Program-made: the position numbers and the translations under genes
The notes under the pieces: model-generated
What the model was told of the DNA's origin: nothing
Seen by the model: the letters and a program-made list of their open reading frames with translations, nothing else
The model's database searches: none
Sequence record: SRR20825006_230
DNA: 45,225 nt
Strand: one strand, 5' to 3'
Part shown: in pieces, positions 27,040 to 36,458 of the stretch
How the letters are laid out: the number at the start of each line of letters is the position of its first letter
How positions within the stretch are numbered: position 1 is the stretch's first letter

Positions 27040-27271
27040 AATCTTAATGTTTAAGCTGTTGTAAATTTAAATAATGTTTAAGCTTACTTCAAAGACGTTA
27101 AACAAAAGCTTTAGTTAAAGTTCTTTCAGTTTAAATGAAAGTTGTGTCAGTTTGTCACTTCATTTGCTTTGGTATTTTTTTTGAAATCTGCACCACACAA
27201 AATGGTTCACACCTATCAATCTTATAATTAATTAAAACCGAAACACTCGGTTTAAAAATTTTAAATACACT

Positions 27272-29158
27272 ATGTCTACAGGTAAAATCAATGTTGCTGT
27301 TGAGAACATTTTTCCGTTGATCAAAAAGTTCTTGTACAGTGATCACGAAATTTTCTTGCGTGAATTAATTTCAAACGCAACTGATGCTACACTAAAACTT
27401 AAGCACTTGACCAACATTGGCGAAGCCAGCGTTGAATATGGCAATCCGGTAATCGATGTAAAAATCGATAAGGATGCCAAAACTTTGAGCATTACCGATC
27501 AAGGTATTGGTATGACCGAAGAAGAAGTTCAGAAGTATATTAATGAAGTTGCTTTTTCTGGCGCTGAAGAATTTTTAGATAAATACAAAGACACCGCAAA
27601 GGATAGTGGCATTATTGGACATTTTGGTCTTGGTTTCTACTCTGCTTTTATGGTAGCGCGCAAGGTGGAGATCATCACAAAATCATATAAAGATGCGCCT
27701 GCAGTAAAATGGGAGTGCGACGGTTCGCCGGAATTCACGATCTCTCCTGCTGAAAAAGACGTTCGTGGTACAGAAATCATTCTTCATATTGCAGAAGATT
27801 CTGAAGAGTTTCTTGAAGAGAACCGCATCAGCGAACTCTTAACAAAATACAATAAGTTTATGCCGGTGCCGATTAAGTTTGGTACTAAAGAAGAAACGCT
27901 TCCGCTTCCTGAGGATGCTCCAGAAGATGCAGAAGCAGAAACTAAAACGGTTGATAACATCATCAACAACCCTGATCCGGCGTGGACAAAACAGCCAACT
28001 GATCTTGAGGAAAAAGATTATAAAGACTTTTACCGCGAGCTCTACCCAATGCAGTTTGAAGAGCCACTTTTCCATATTCATTTAAATGTAGATTACCCGT
28101 TCAATTTAACCGGTATTCTTTACTTCCCACGTTTGGGACAGGATATGAATATTCAGAAAGATAGAATTCAGCTGTACCAAAATCAGGTTTTTGTAACTGA
28201 TAATGTTGAAGGAATCGTTCCTGAATTCTTAACGATGCTTCGTGGGGTAATTGACTCTCCAGATATTCCACTAAACGTATCACGTTCCTATTTGCAAGCC
28301 GATGGCGCTGTAAAGAAAATCTCAAGCTACATCACCCGTAAGGTAGCAGATAAACTGAAGTCGCTTTTTAACGAAGACCGTGAGGATTTTGAAAAGAAAT
28401 GGAACGACATCAAAGTTGTAATCGAATACGGAATGTTGAGCGAAGATAAATTCTTCGACAAAGCAGACGCTTTTGCGCTTTACCCTACCGTTGACAATAC
28501 TTACTACACTTTTGCCGAACTTCAGGAGAAGATTAAAGAAAATCAGACTGATAAAGACGGGAAGCTAGTTGTGCTTTACGCTTCTAATCAAGATGCACAG
28601 CATCAATACATTCAAGCTGCAAAAGATAAAGGCTACGAGGTTTTATTACTAGACTCGCCAATTGTTTCTCACTTGCTTCAAAAGCTTGAAACTTCTAAAG
28701 AGAACATCAGCTTTGTACGTGTAGATGGTGACGACATCAATAACCTGATCAAAAAGGATGAAGAACAAATCTCTAAGCTTTCTGATGATGAAAAAGAAAG
28801 CCTAAAGACCTTACTGGAAGAAACGATCAATGATAAGTCGTATACTGTAAAACTTGAGGCGATGGATAGCAACTCAGCACCATTTATGATCACACAGCCT
28901 GAGTTTATGCGTCGTATGAAAGAAATGCAAGCAACCGGCGGTGGCGGTATGTTTGGAATGGGCAATATGCCAGATATGTATAACTTGGTAGTGAACACGA
29001 ATAGTGAGCTTGTAGGTGAGATTTTAAACACCAAAACCAAGAAAAAACAAGAACGCCTCATCACACAATCTATGGATTTGGCACGTTTATCTCAGGGCTT
29101 GCTTAAAGGCGAAGCTTTAACTAACTTTGTTAAACGCTCCTATGAGATGATCAAATAG
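27272..29158 (+). CDS. htpG: chaperone HtpG (Hsp90)
   Basis: EIFLRELISNA.DA, DQGIGM, IGHFGLGFYSAFM, LRGVIDSPDIPLNVSR. Confidence 0.97.
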   Translation: MSTGKINVAVENIFPLIKKFLYSDHEIFLRELISNATDATLKLKHLTNIGEASVEYGNPVIDVKIDKDAKTLSITDQGIGMTEEEVQKYINEVAFSGAEEFLDKYKDTAKDSGIIGHFGLGFYSAFMVARKVEIITKSYKDAPAVKWECDGSPEFTISPAEKDVRGTEIILHIAEDSEEFLEENRISELLTKYNKFMPVPIKFGTKEETLPLPEDAPEDAEAETKTVDNIINNPDPAWTKQPTDLEEKDYKDFYRELYPMQFEEPLFHIHLNVDYPFNLTGILYFPRLGQDMNIQKDRIQLYQNQVFVTDNVEGIVPEFLTMLRGVIDSPDIPLNVSRSYLQADGAVKKISSYITRKVADKLKSLFNEDREDFEKKWNDIKVVIEYGMLSEDKFFDKADAFALYPTVDNTYYTFAELQEKIKENQTDKDGKLVVLYASNQDAQHQYIQAAKDKGYEVLLLDSPIVSHLLQKLETSKENISFVRVDGDDINNLIKKDEEQISKLSDDEKESLKTLLEETINDKSYTVKLEAMDSNSAPFMITQPEFMRRMKEMQATGGGGMFGMGNMPDMYNLVVNTNSELVGEILNTKTKKKQERLITQSMDLARLSQGLLKGEALTNFVKRSYEMIK

Positions 29159-29212
29159 GCAGTTAGATCTTAGATTTGAGACACCTGGATCTAAAACCCT
29201 GACTTCATAAGG

Positions 29213-29240
29213 AAAACCGCTCTAACTGAGCGGTTTTTTT
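29213..29240 (+). terminator. intrinsic terminator after htpG
   Basis: AAAACCGCTC/GAGCGGTTTT stem plus T run. Confidence 0.9.
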
Positions 29241-29325
29241 ATGCTTGAATTCTAACGATTCTTTAACCCATTTCATCCTGCGATTACACCTTAAAATGCT
29301 AACTTCACTTCACCAAATAGTTAAA

Positions 29326-30726
29326 ATGTTTCAGTTTACCGCTACATATACTGATCTGTACCAGTTGAGTATGGCTCAGGTATATTTTAATAAAAATCAA
29401 AACCAGCAAGCCGTTTTTGATTACTTTTTTAGAAAACTGCCCTTCAATGGTGGTTATGCTATTTTCGCCGGGTTAGAAGAACTTATCTCGATCATCGAAG
29501 ACTTGCGCTTTACGGAGGCAGATCTAGAATACCTTAAGCAACACGATTTTGAACCGGAGTTTCTAGCGTATTTAAAGGACTTTCGCTTCCGCGGAAGTAT
29601 TAACGCAATGCCTGAAGGCGAAATCGTTTTCCCTACTGCACCTGTCTTACAGGTAGAAGCCAACCTCATCGAAGCACAAATCATTGAAACTATACTGCTA
29701 AATACCTTGAACTTTCAAACACTTATCGCAACCAAAGCGAGCCGAATACGCAATGTTGCCGGTAATAAAACCTTACTCGATTTTGGATTGCGCAGAGCGC
29801 AAGGGCCGGGAGGCTACTATGCATCTCGCGCAGCAATGATAGGTGGTTTTGACGGAAGCAGCAATGTGATCACGGGTAGAGATTATGGTTTTCCCATCAG
29901 CGGAACTATGGCTCACGCCTTTGTACAAAGTTATGATGACGAACTAACCGCTTTTAGAGATTTTGCAGAACACAGACCGAAAAATTGTGTGCTTTTGGTA
30001 GATACTTATGACACCCTAAAAAGCGGAATGCCCAATGCGATTACTGTTGCTAAAGAAATGGAACAACGAGGTCAAAAGCTGCTTGCGATTCGCTTAGACA
30101 GTGGTGACCTCGCCTACCTTGCTAAACGCTGCCGGAAGATGTTAGACGATGCCGACTTAACATACGTAAAGATTGCTGCTTCTAATCAGTTAGATGAATA
30201 TGTCATTCAAAGTTTGCAAAATCAAAATGCTCCTATTGATGTTTATGGCGTAGGAACCAATCTCGTAATTGGCAAACCCAACGGTGCTTTAGATGGTGTT
30301 TATAAACTCTCTTTCGCTAATGGTAAACCACGCATTAAAATTTCAGAAAGTATCTCAAAGGTGACGCTTCCGCATAAAAAACAAGTGTATAGAATCTCAA
30401 CAGAAGATCACACTTTAATAGGTGCAGATGCCATCGCTTTAGCAAATGAGAACAGTGTTTCTCGTATGTATCATCCTGTTGAACCTTTTAAAAATCTCAG
30501 TATTGAAGGTTTAACGCAAACACCTATGCTGCGACCTGTAATGCAAGAAGGTAAACGCTTGTATCCTGAAAAATCAGTTCATGAAGTGGCTGCTTTCAGC
30601 AAAAAACAACTTGCTGCTTTACCCGAAGAATTTAAACGATTTGACAATCCACATATTTATAAAGTAGGTATTAGCAATCAGCTCAAAGAAGAGCGTGATC
30701 GCTTGATCGCCGCACATAAAAACTAA
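29326..30726 (+). CDS. pncB: nicotinate phosphoribosyltransferase
   Basis: TDLYQLSM, FFRK.PF, DFGLRRAQ, GTMAH, LVDTYD, IRLDSGD, GVGT; ATG 29326 preferred over TTG 29245. Confidence 0.95.
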   Translation: MFQFTATYTDLYQLSMAQVYFNKNQNQQAVFDYFFRKLPFNGGYAIFAGLEELISIIEDLRFTEADLEYLKQHDFEPEFLAYLKDFRFRGSINAMPEGEIVFPTAPVLQVEANLIEAQIIETILLNTLNFQTLIATKASRIRNVAGNKTLLDFGLRRAQGPGGYYASRAAMIGGFDGSSNVITGRDYGFPISGTMAHAFVQSYDDELTAFRDFAEHRPKNCVLLVDTYDTLKSGMPNAITVAKEMEQRGQKLLAIRLDSGDLAYLAKRCRKMLDDADLTYVKIAASNQLDEYVIQSLQNQNAPIDVYGVGTNLVIGKPNGALDGVYKLSFANGKPRIKISESISKVTLPHKKQVYRISTEDHTLIGADAIALANENSVSRMYHPVEPFKNLSIEGLTQTPMLRPVMQEGKRLYPEKSVHEVAAFSKKQLAALPEEFKRFDNPHIYKVGISNQLKEERDRLIAAHKN

Positions 30727-30729
30727 GCT

Positions 30730-31254
30730 ATGAAACTATTTACAATCTGCCTTTTTTTAGTAACACTAACGCTTCCTGCAAATGCTCAAGAGACGAATAC
30801 AAAAGCTCTTTTAACCCAGAATGAAAATGAAACGTGGCTTCAAGAATATCAGCAACTCGAAGATTCTGAAGAAAAGCTGAAAATGATCAAAGCCAAGATT
30901 CTTTACGATGCGCAATTTGTAGGGCCGCGTCCCGGCATTTCGTTAACCGGTTTAAATGAAGAACAACGCCAAGCTTTAAAGGAACGCGAAAGCAAGAAGC
31001 CAAAAGTTACCGCTGATTGTAAAATCCTTTTTGTGTTGCAGGCAACGCAATCTCATATTTTGGATTTAGAAAAAAGTCCGCAATACAAATCATTAGTTGA
31101 ACACTTAGAGACGTTTTCGATTTCTGACACCATCTTAACGGGCACTAGTGCATCTGCGGTCTACGGATCTCGAGCACGTTGTGGCGTAGTTCTTTTGAAA
31201 ACCGAAGATCCTAAGGCGCTCGACTATTTAGAAAATATAAGCAACCAGAAATAA
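30730..31254 (+). CDS. secreted hypothetical protein with TonB-plug-like C-terminal motif
   Basis: Signal peptide ending ANAQ; ASAVYGSRARCGVVLLKT resembles the plug signature A.AIYGSRA.NGVI.ITTK. Confidence 0.7.
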   Translation: MKLFTICLFLVTLTLPANAQETNTKALLTQNENETWLQEYQQLEDSEEKLKMIKAKILYDAQFVGPRPGISLTGLNEEQRQALKERESKKPKVTADCKILFVLQATQSHILDLEKSPQYKSLVEHLETFSISDTILTGTSASAVYGSRARCGVVLLKTEDPKALDYLENISNQK

Positions 31255-31263
31255 CCAATACTT

Positions 31264-31872
31264 ATGAAAGCCCTCGTCATCATTGATATGCAAAACGATT
31301 TTATGCCCGGTGGAGCGCTTGCCGTTCCCGGTGGAGATCAAATCATTCCTTTGGTAAACAAACTTCAGGAAAAATTTGATTTGGTCATTGCTACGCAAGA
31401 CTGGCATCCTGAAAATCACAGTAGCTTTGCAGACAATCATCACGACAAAGAAAATTTTGACACGACCGTCATAGACGGTTTGGAGCAGACTTTATGGCCG
31501 GTACATTGTGTACAAACTACAGATGGTGCAGACTTTCACCCACATATGAACGCAGCGCGTATTGAAGCTATTTTTAGAAAAGGAACAGATCCTGCAATAG
31601 ACAGTTATAGCGGCTTTTACGATAATGCGCATAAAAAAGCTACGGGACTTACCGGATATCTTAAAGGAAAAGGCGTCACTTCGCTTTACTTTTGTGGTTT
31701 AGCTGCAGAATATTGTGTGAGTTTTTCCGTGCTTGACGCACTTGAAGAAGGCTTTAAAGTTACGCTTTATGAAGATGCAACGCGCGCATTAGATGAAACT
31801 GCATTTGAAAAAATGAAAACTCAAATTATCGAAAAAGGAGGCCGACTAAAATTGGCCGGTGAGCTCGTATAA
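31264..31872 (+). CDS. pncA: nicotinamidase/pyrazinamidase
   Basis: IIDMQNDF..GG.LAV, TQDWHP..H.SF, WPVHCVQ, KG...DSYSGF, GLA.EYCV. Confidence 0.95.
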   Translation: MKALVIIDMQNDFMPGGALAVPGGDQIIPLVNKLQEKFDLVIATQDWHPENHSSFADNHHDKENFDTTVIDGLEQTLWPVHCVQTTDGADFHPHMNAARIEAIFRKGTDPAIDSYSGFYDNAHKKATGLTGYLKGKGVTSLYFCGLAAEYCVSFSVLDALEEGFKVTLYEDATRALDETAFEKMKTQIIEKGGRLKLAGELV

Positions 31873-32586
31873 ATGATTGCAGGTGGAATTGACGGTTGCA
31901 AAGCAGGTTGGCTTTTAATTTGGAAGGATCAGCAAGGCTATCAATATGCCCTCTTAGATCGAATTGACGACTTGGAGCGTTTTGCAAAGAGTGCTGCACA
32001 GTTTTTTATTGATATCCCCATCGGCCTTTCTTCTGAAACGTTTCACCGAAGCATCGAGGTCAAACTACGTAAAGAGCTAAAAAGCAGAAGTGCCACAATA
32101 TTTAATGCCCCTTGTAGAGCAGCCGTTTATGAAGTGGATAAGAAAAAGGCTAAAGAACTTAATAAACGTATCTTAGGAAAAAGTCTTTCAGAACAAACGC
32201 TAAATATAAAGGACAAGATCTTAGAAACAGATCGTTATATCAATACTTCAAAAAGCACTAGTATTCAATTGTTGGAAAGTCATCCTGAAATTTGTTTTAA
32301 ATACCTCAACCAAGGCCAAATTCTGTTATCAAAAAAAAGTCAGAAGGAAGGAGTTGAACAAAGGCTTGACCTACTTTCCCAGCTTGATCCTGAAGCAAAG
32401 ATTCTGTATGAACGCATATTCGCAGAAACCAAAAGAAATCAAGTAAAACGCGATGACATTCTTGACGCTCTGTGCCTCTGTCTTGCGAACCAAATAAGTT
32501 CAAAAACACAAACCCATTTTATCACCGATGAAAATCAAGTTGATGCTCAGGGAATTCCTGTAAAACTGGCGTACGCCAGACTTTAG
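31873..32586 (+). CDS. DUF429-family predicted RNase H-like nuclease
   Basis: GIDGCKAGW, IDIPIGL, ESHPEICF, DDILDA acidic motifs. Confidence 0.82.
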   Translation: MIAGGIDGCKAGWLLIWKDQQGYQYALLDRIDDLERFAKSAAQFFIDIPIGLSSETFHRSIEVKLRKELKSRSATIFNAPCRAAVYEVDKKKAKELNKRILGKSLSEQTLNIKDKILETDRYINTSKSTSIQLLESHPEICFKYLNQGQILLSKKSQKEGVEQRLDLLSQLDPEAKILYERIFAETKRNQVKRDDILDALCLCLANQISSKTQTHFITDENQVDAQGIPVKLAYARL

Positions 32587-32786
32587 ACATCGGTTATGAC
32601 GGGATTTTCCCCCAATTTTCAAGTTTATTATCAACAAAACCGTTTTACTCTTTATCAAGTGCAAGGTTTCTCGTACTTTTAGAACATATTATTTCACAGA
32701 CTTATTATTTTATTATTCTTCTCTTACCAAAGTCGAGAATCCTCCCCCTAAATAGAAATGATGAGTATTTAAATATTTAGGATTGT

Positions 32787-33194
32787 ATGAAATTATTATA
32801 CAAAAAGAGGAGGCTATATCTCAATCTGGCCATAGGTATTGTCTGGATCATTTTATTTATTCTGAAATTACTTTATACAGAACCGCATAACATCTGGTTA
32901 CTGGACTATTATATGCCTGTGCTCAGCGTGCTTTATTTAGGACAGTTTCTATACCAATACCATTATCAATACCTTATCGTAACCGATACTGAGATCATTA
33001 GAAATCATCTTTTCTTCGGAAAAAAAATCCCGTTGAATGCTGTAGAAAGATTCTATACTAACAACTTAGGGGATTATGTGATTGAAGGTGCTGGTAAAAA
33101 AATCAAGATCAACCCAATTATTGTCAATCAAAAATCACTGCAAGAATTTAAGGGGTTCACCCGCACCTTATCGATAGCAACTGAAATTCATTAG
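32787..33194 (+). CDS. hypothetical membrane protein (2 TM plus soluble C-terminal domain)
   Basis: ORF track; two hydrophobic helices. Confidence 0.7.
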   Translation: MKLLYKKRRLYLNLAIGIVWIILFILKLLYTEPHNIWLLDYYMPVLSVLYLGQFLYQYHYQYLIVTDTEIIRNHLFFGKKIPLNAVERFYTNNLGDYVIEGAGKKIKINPIIVNQKSLQEFKGFTRTLSIATEIH

Positions 33195-33260
33195 AAATTC
33201 AAATTATTTTCTGTAAGTTCTGTTTCAAATTTCTACTATTCATAAAACGAAATTTGAATT

Positions 33261-34052
33261 ATGAATAAATCTATCTTTTTACTGCTTACACTCGCGATTC
33301 TATCGTGTAAACAAAACAACTCAGAAGAATCTAAAAATGTCCCTGAGCAAGAACAACAGGTAACTACGACATCCAATCCTTTTGTTGACAAAATCGCCGG
33401 CGCTCATAACAAAGCGGCGTTTGCTGCACAAGAGGCCATAGCTTTTGATCTTCAATTGATGTTTGGTGGAAATGAACGCATCAACGCCACGATTAGCATG
33501 CTTACAAACAGTAGTAAGATACGAATAGATAAAACAGACGGTACCCAATTGATTTATGACGGATCTCTAGTTTACAGTGCTCCACAAGGCGCAATACCTG
33601 ATGGCGCTCGTTTTGATATTTTTACCTGGCCTTACTTTTTTGCATTTCCATTTAAACTCCAAGATCCGGGCGTTAACATTCAGGAATTAACCAATGATAC
33701 TGAAGGTCAGTTTAAGTTGACTTTTGAAGGTGGCACCGGCGATACTCCTGATGACTGGTATATTGGCTACCTAGATGAAGAAAATCGCATAGAAGCAACC
33801 GCTTATATTGTAACCTTTGGCGATAAAACCATTGAGAATGCTGAAGCAGCACCGCACGCGATCGCTTATTCAGATTATAAAGAAATAGAGCAAGTACCGC
33901 TAGCTACCACTTGGAAATTTTATAACTGGTCTGAAGAAAAAGGAATTTTTGGCGATCCTATTGGCGAAGCCCAACTGAGTAACATCCGATTTTTTGAAGT
34001 TGAAGATGGTTTTTTTGAAAAGCCAGAATCTTCCGATGTTGTAAATTACTAA
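33261..34052 (+). CDS. lipoprotein, DUF6503-like
   Basis: Lipobox ILSC; YFF..PFKL.DPG, TF..G.G.TPDDWY. Confidence 0.75.
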   Translation: MNKSIFLLLTLAILSCKQNNSEESKNVPEQEQQVTTTSNPFVDKIAGAHNKAAFAAQEAIAFDLQLMFGGNERINATISMLTNSSKIRIDKTDGTQLIYDGSLVYSAPQGAIPDGARFDIFTWPYFFAFPFKLQDPGVNIQELTNDTEGQFKLTFEGGTGDTPDDWYIGYLDEENRIEATAYIVTFGDKTIENAEAAPHAIAYSDYKEIEQVPLATTWKFYNWSEEKGIFGDPIGEAQLSNIRFFEVEDGFFEKPESSDVVNY

Positions 34053-34075
34053 ATTAAACTTGTAAACTATATATT

Positions 34076-34435
34076 ATGCATTATCCTTGGCATCTCTATT
34101 TAATGGCAGTTATGTACATAGTCGCCGGTCTAATGCATTTTATAAAGCCCAGAGCGTATATGCGCATTATGCCGCGCTACCTTCCTGCACATAAAACATT
34201 AGTCTTTTTAAGCGGATTTGCCGAGATCCTATTAGGTATAGGCATTTGCATACCCCTATTCAAGAATTGCGCAATCTACGGTATCGTAGCTATGCTCATT
34301 AGTTTTTTTATTGTACACTTTTATATGCTTTCTTCTAAAAAAGCAGGGATGAATTTACCCAAATGGCTACTTTGGGCTCGTGTAGGTTTGCAATTTCTTC
34401 TGATTTACTGGGCGCTCTTCTATCTAAAATACTAA
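34076..34435 (+). CDS. DoxX-like membrane protein
   Basis: AG.MHF..P..Y..IMP.YLP....V..SG.AEI..G motif; four TM segments. Confidence 0.8.
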   Translation: MHYPWHLYLMAVMYIVAGLMHFIKPRAYMRIMPRYLPAHKTLVFLSGFAEILLGIGICIPLFKNCAIYGIVAMLISFFIVHFYMLSSKKAGMNLPKWLLWARVGLQFLLIYWALFYLKY

Positions 34436-34438
34436 ACG

Positions 34439-34473
34439 AAAAAAAGCCTTGTTGCAGTCGCAACAAGGCTTTT
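34439..34473. terminator. bidirectional intrinsic terminator
   Basis: AAAAGCCTTGTTGC/GCAACAAGGCTTTT perfect 14-bp stem between convergent genes. Confidence 0.92.
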
Positions 34474-34494
34474 CTAATTACTAGGGTTGTAAAC

Positions 34495-35079
34495 TTATTT
34501 GATAGCAATTTGCTTTGAGAAATAATCTTTCCCGATTGAGACACCAATTCTGTAGTTTCCAGCAGGCAACTCTTCAAAGTTAAGAGCTTGCTTAACTACT
34601 AGGTTTGTATCAGACATAGACTCAATGATTGCACCAGTCTCGTCATAAACACGTGTAGTTGTTTTTACCTCTTTAGGATTCGTAAATGATATCATTACAA
34701 TGTCATTCTCAACGCGGTAATTAGGCTTAAAGATGGTTTTACTTTCATCTTTAACAATGTCTAATCCTTTAAACTCTTTTTTGATCGTAGTGTATGATTT
34801 AGCATAATCATCCTCATAGATCAAGTAGTATTTACCTACCGGTAATTCTTCTAAGCTTAAAGTTTTAGAATCATTAGCTACGCTTCCTGCATACTCACTG
34901 TAAAGACGCTCTCCGTCAACATCCTCAAGATAAATCTGAGCTCCCTCAATTGCATTAGTGTACTCTACTTTTACCATAAAGTTCTCATTCACTGTAACTG
35001 CAATTCCGTCTGCTGCATTGGCGTTTAGAGTAAGGGCTAAAGTCAATGCGAATACCAAAGTTTTAATAGTTGTTTTCAT
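34495..35079 (-). CDS. secreted protein with two Ig-like (T9SS-CTD/DUF3244-like) repeats
   Basis: Signal peptide MKTTIKT...ANA; repeated L..E.LP.G.Y motif; TACATTTG promoter at 35120-35127 (minus) supports ATG 35079. Confidence 0.75.
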   Translation of the reverse strand: MKTTIKTLVFALTLALTLNANAADGIAVTVNENFMVKVEYTNAIEGAQIYLEDVDGERLYSEYAGSVANDSKTLSLEELPVGKYYLIYEDDYAKSYTTIKKEFKGLDIVKDESKTIFKPNYRVENDIVMISFTNPKEVKTTTRVYDETGAIIESMSDTNLVVKQALNFEELPAGNYRIGVSIGKDYFSKQIAIK

Positions 35080-35172
35080 AGGTTTGGTTTTTTGTGAGTG
35101 ATTTAATTTATTCACATTACAAATGTATGACGCAAAACCAGCCTGAAATAGAACCCATTGTGCAATTTTATG

Positions 35173-35244
35173 TGCTATATTAACCTTAAACCAATATTTA
35201 AATTTAAATTTGTGAAAAACCTATATATTTAGGTTAATATAGCA
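35173..35244. promoter_or_regulatory. perfect 14-bp inverted repeat in the divergent promoter region
   Basis: TGCTATATTAACCT (35173-35186) / AGGTTAATATAGCA (35231-35244), 44-bp spacer containing TAAATTTG (35205-35212). Confidence 0.7.
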
Positions 35245-35297
35245 TAAGTCACAGGTTAAAGCCTTGGCTACCTTTATACTAAATTAACAGGAATACT

Positions 35298-36176
35298 ATG
35301 ATAAAATCCCCAAAACCAGCCTTTGAGAAAATAGAACCAGGTTTTGGAAGCTCTTTTTCCTACCGTACTTACGATGAAAATCACGAAAACAACAGTCATA
35401 ATTTCTGGCACTATCATCCTGAACTTGAGCTTGTTTATGTAAAAGGAGGCACCGGCAAGCGCCAAGTGGGCAGTCACATCTCTTATTATAGAAATGGCGA
35501 ACTCATACTTATTGGTTCTAATTTACCCCACTGCGGCTTTACAGACTCCTTGAATAACTACGAGCGCGAAACAGTAATTCAGATGCGTCCGGACTTCTTA
35601 GGTGAGTCTTTTTTTAATATTCCTGAAATGCGCAGCATCAAAGCCCTGTTTGAGCGTGCTAAAATGGGCATTGTTTTTCATGGAGAGCTTAAACGAATCA
35701 TAGGCTCTAAGATCGAAACTTTAAAGTCGCTTTCTAATTATGAACGTCTTTTGGGGCTTCTAGATATCTTAAAACAATTAGAATCTGCAGAAAAGTATAC
35801 GGTTCTTAATGCTCAGGGCTTTATCTTGGAGACCGAACTTCAAGACAATAACCGCATCAATATTATCTTCAATTTTGTCAAAGAAGAGTTTAAACGTCAG
35901 ATCACACTCGAAGAAATTTCAGAATTGGTAAGTATGACCGTTCCGGCGTTTTGTCGCTACTTTAAAAAAATTACAGGAAAGACCTTTACCCAATTTGTAA
36001 ATGAATATCGACTGGTGCACGCGGCCAAACTACTTCACGAAAAACCCATAAGTATCACTGATGTTTGTTTTGAAAGTGGCTTTAACAACTTCAGCCATTT
36101 TAACAAACAATTCAAAAAATTTACGGGAAAAACACCTTCAACCTATAGAAACGAGTTGAAATTCATTGTTTCTTAG
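35298..36176 (+). CDS. AraC-family regulator with cupin domain
   Basis: WHYHPELEL, LIGSNLPH, FCRYFKK.TG, ITDVCFESGFNN.SHF...FKK..G.TP..YR. Confidence 0.93.
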   Translation: MIKSPKPAFEKIEPGFGSSFSYRTYDENHENNSHNFWHYHPELELVYVKGGTGKRQVGSHISYYRNGELILIGSNLPHCGFTDSLNNYERETVIQMRPDFLGESFFNIPEMRSIKALFERAKMGIVFHGELKRIIGSKIETLKSLSNYERLLGLLDILKQLESAEKYTVLNAQGFILETELQDNNRINIIFNFVKEEFKRQITLEEISELVSMTVPAFCRYFKKITGKTFTQFVNEYRLVHAAKLLHEKPISITDVCFESGFNNFSHFNKQFKKFTGKTPSTYRNELKFIVS

Positions 36177-36458
36177 GGATTTATAAATTTTTAACATTGC
36201 CAACTAAATCGAGTAACTACACTAACTCACAGTAATTTAGAGCAGAGTCATTGATTTTTAACTATTTATTTAAAAATTATTGACACTTAAATACCTAACT
36301 TCAACATACTGAATTACAGTTATTTTAAAGATTTAGACTCAGAATAAATTAGAGAACTAGTATAAGCTCTAGTAAATTTCTATAAAATTTCTTGTAACTT
36401 TTACATCAGTCTTTAGACAAATTTTCACCCCTTATTTAATTTAAATCCTACAAGTGCC

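Noticed and set aside
29245-29325. 27-aa N-terminal extension of PncB
   Set aside because: TTG start directly after the htpG terminator; the conserved TDLYQ motif fits ATG 29326
29326-32586. pncB-pncA-DUF429 as an anti-phage or NAD-reconstitution defence system
   Set aside because: Ordinary Preiss-Handler salvage enzymes in a housekeeping context; no defence-island or phage hallmarks
35080-35115. Longer start for the secreted Ig-like protein
   Set aside because: The signal peptide begins at MKTT (35079); the upstream GTG lies at about the predicted TSS
36200-36400. TAACT-rich imperfect repeats and ACTG/CAGT dyad as a recombination site
   Set aside because: Too degenerate against the AT-rich background; no recombinase in the window
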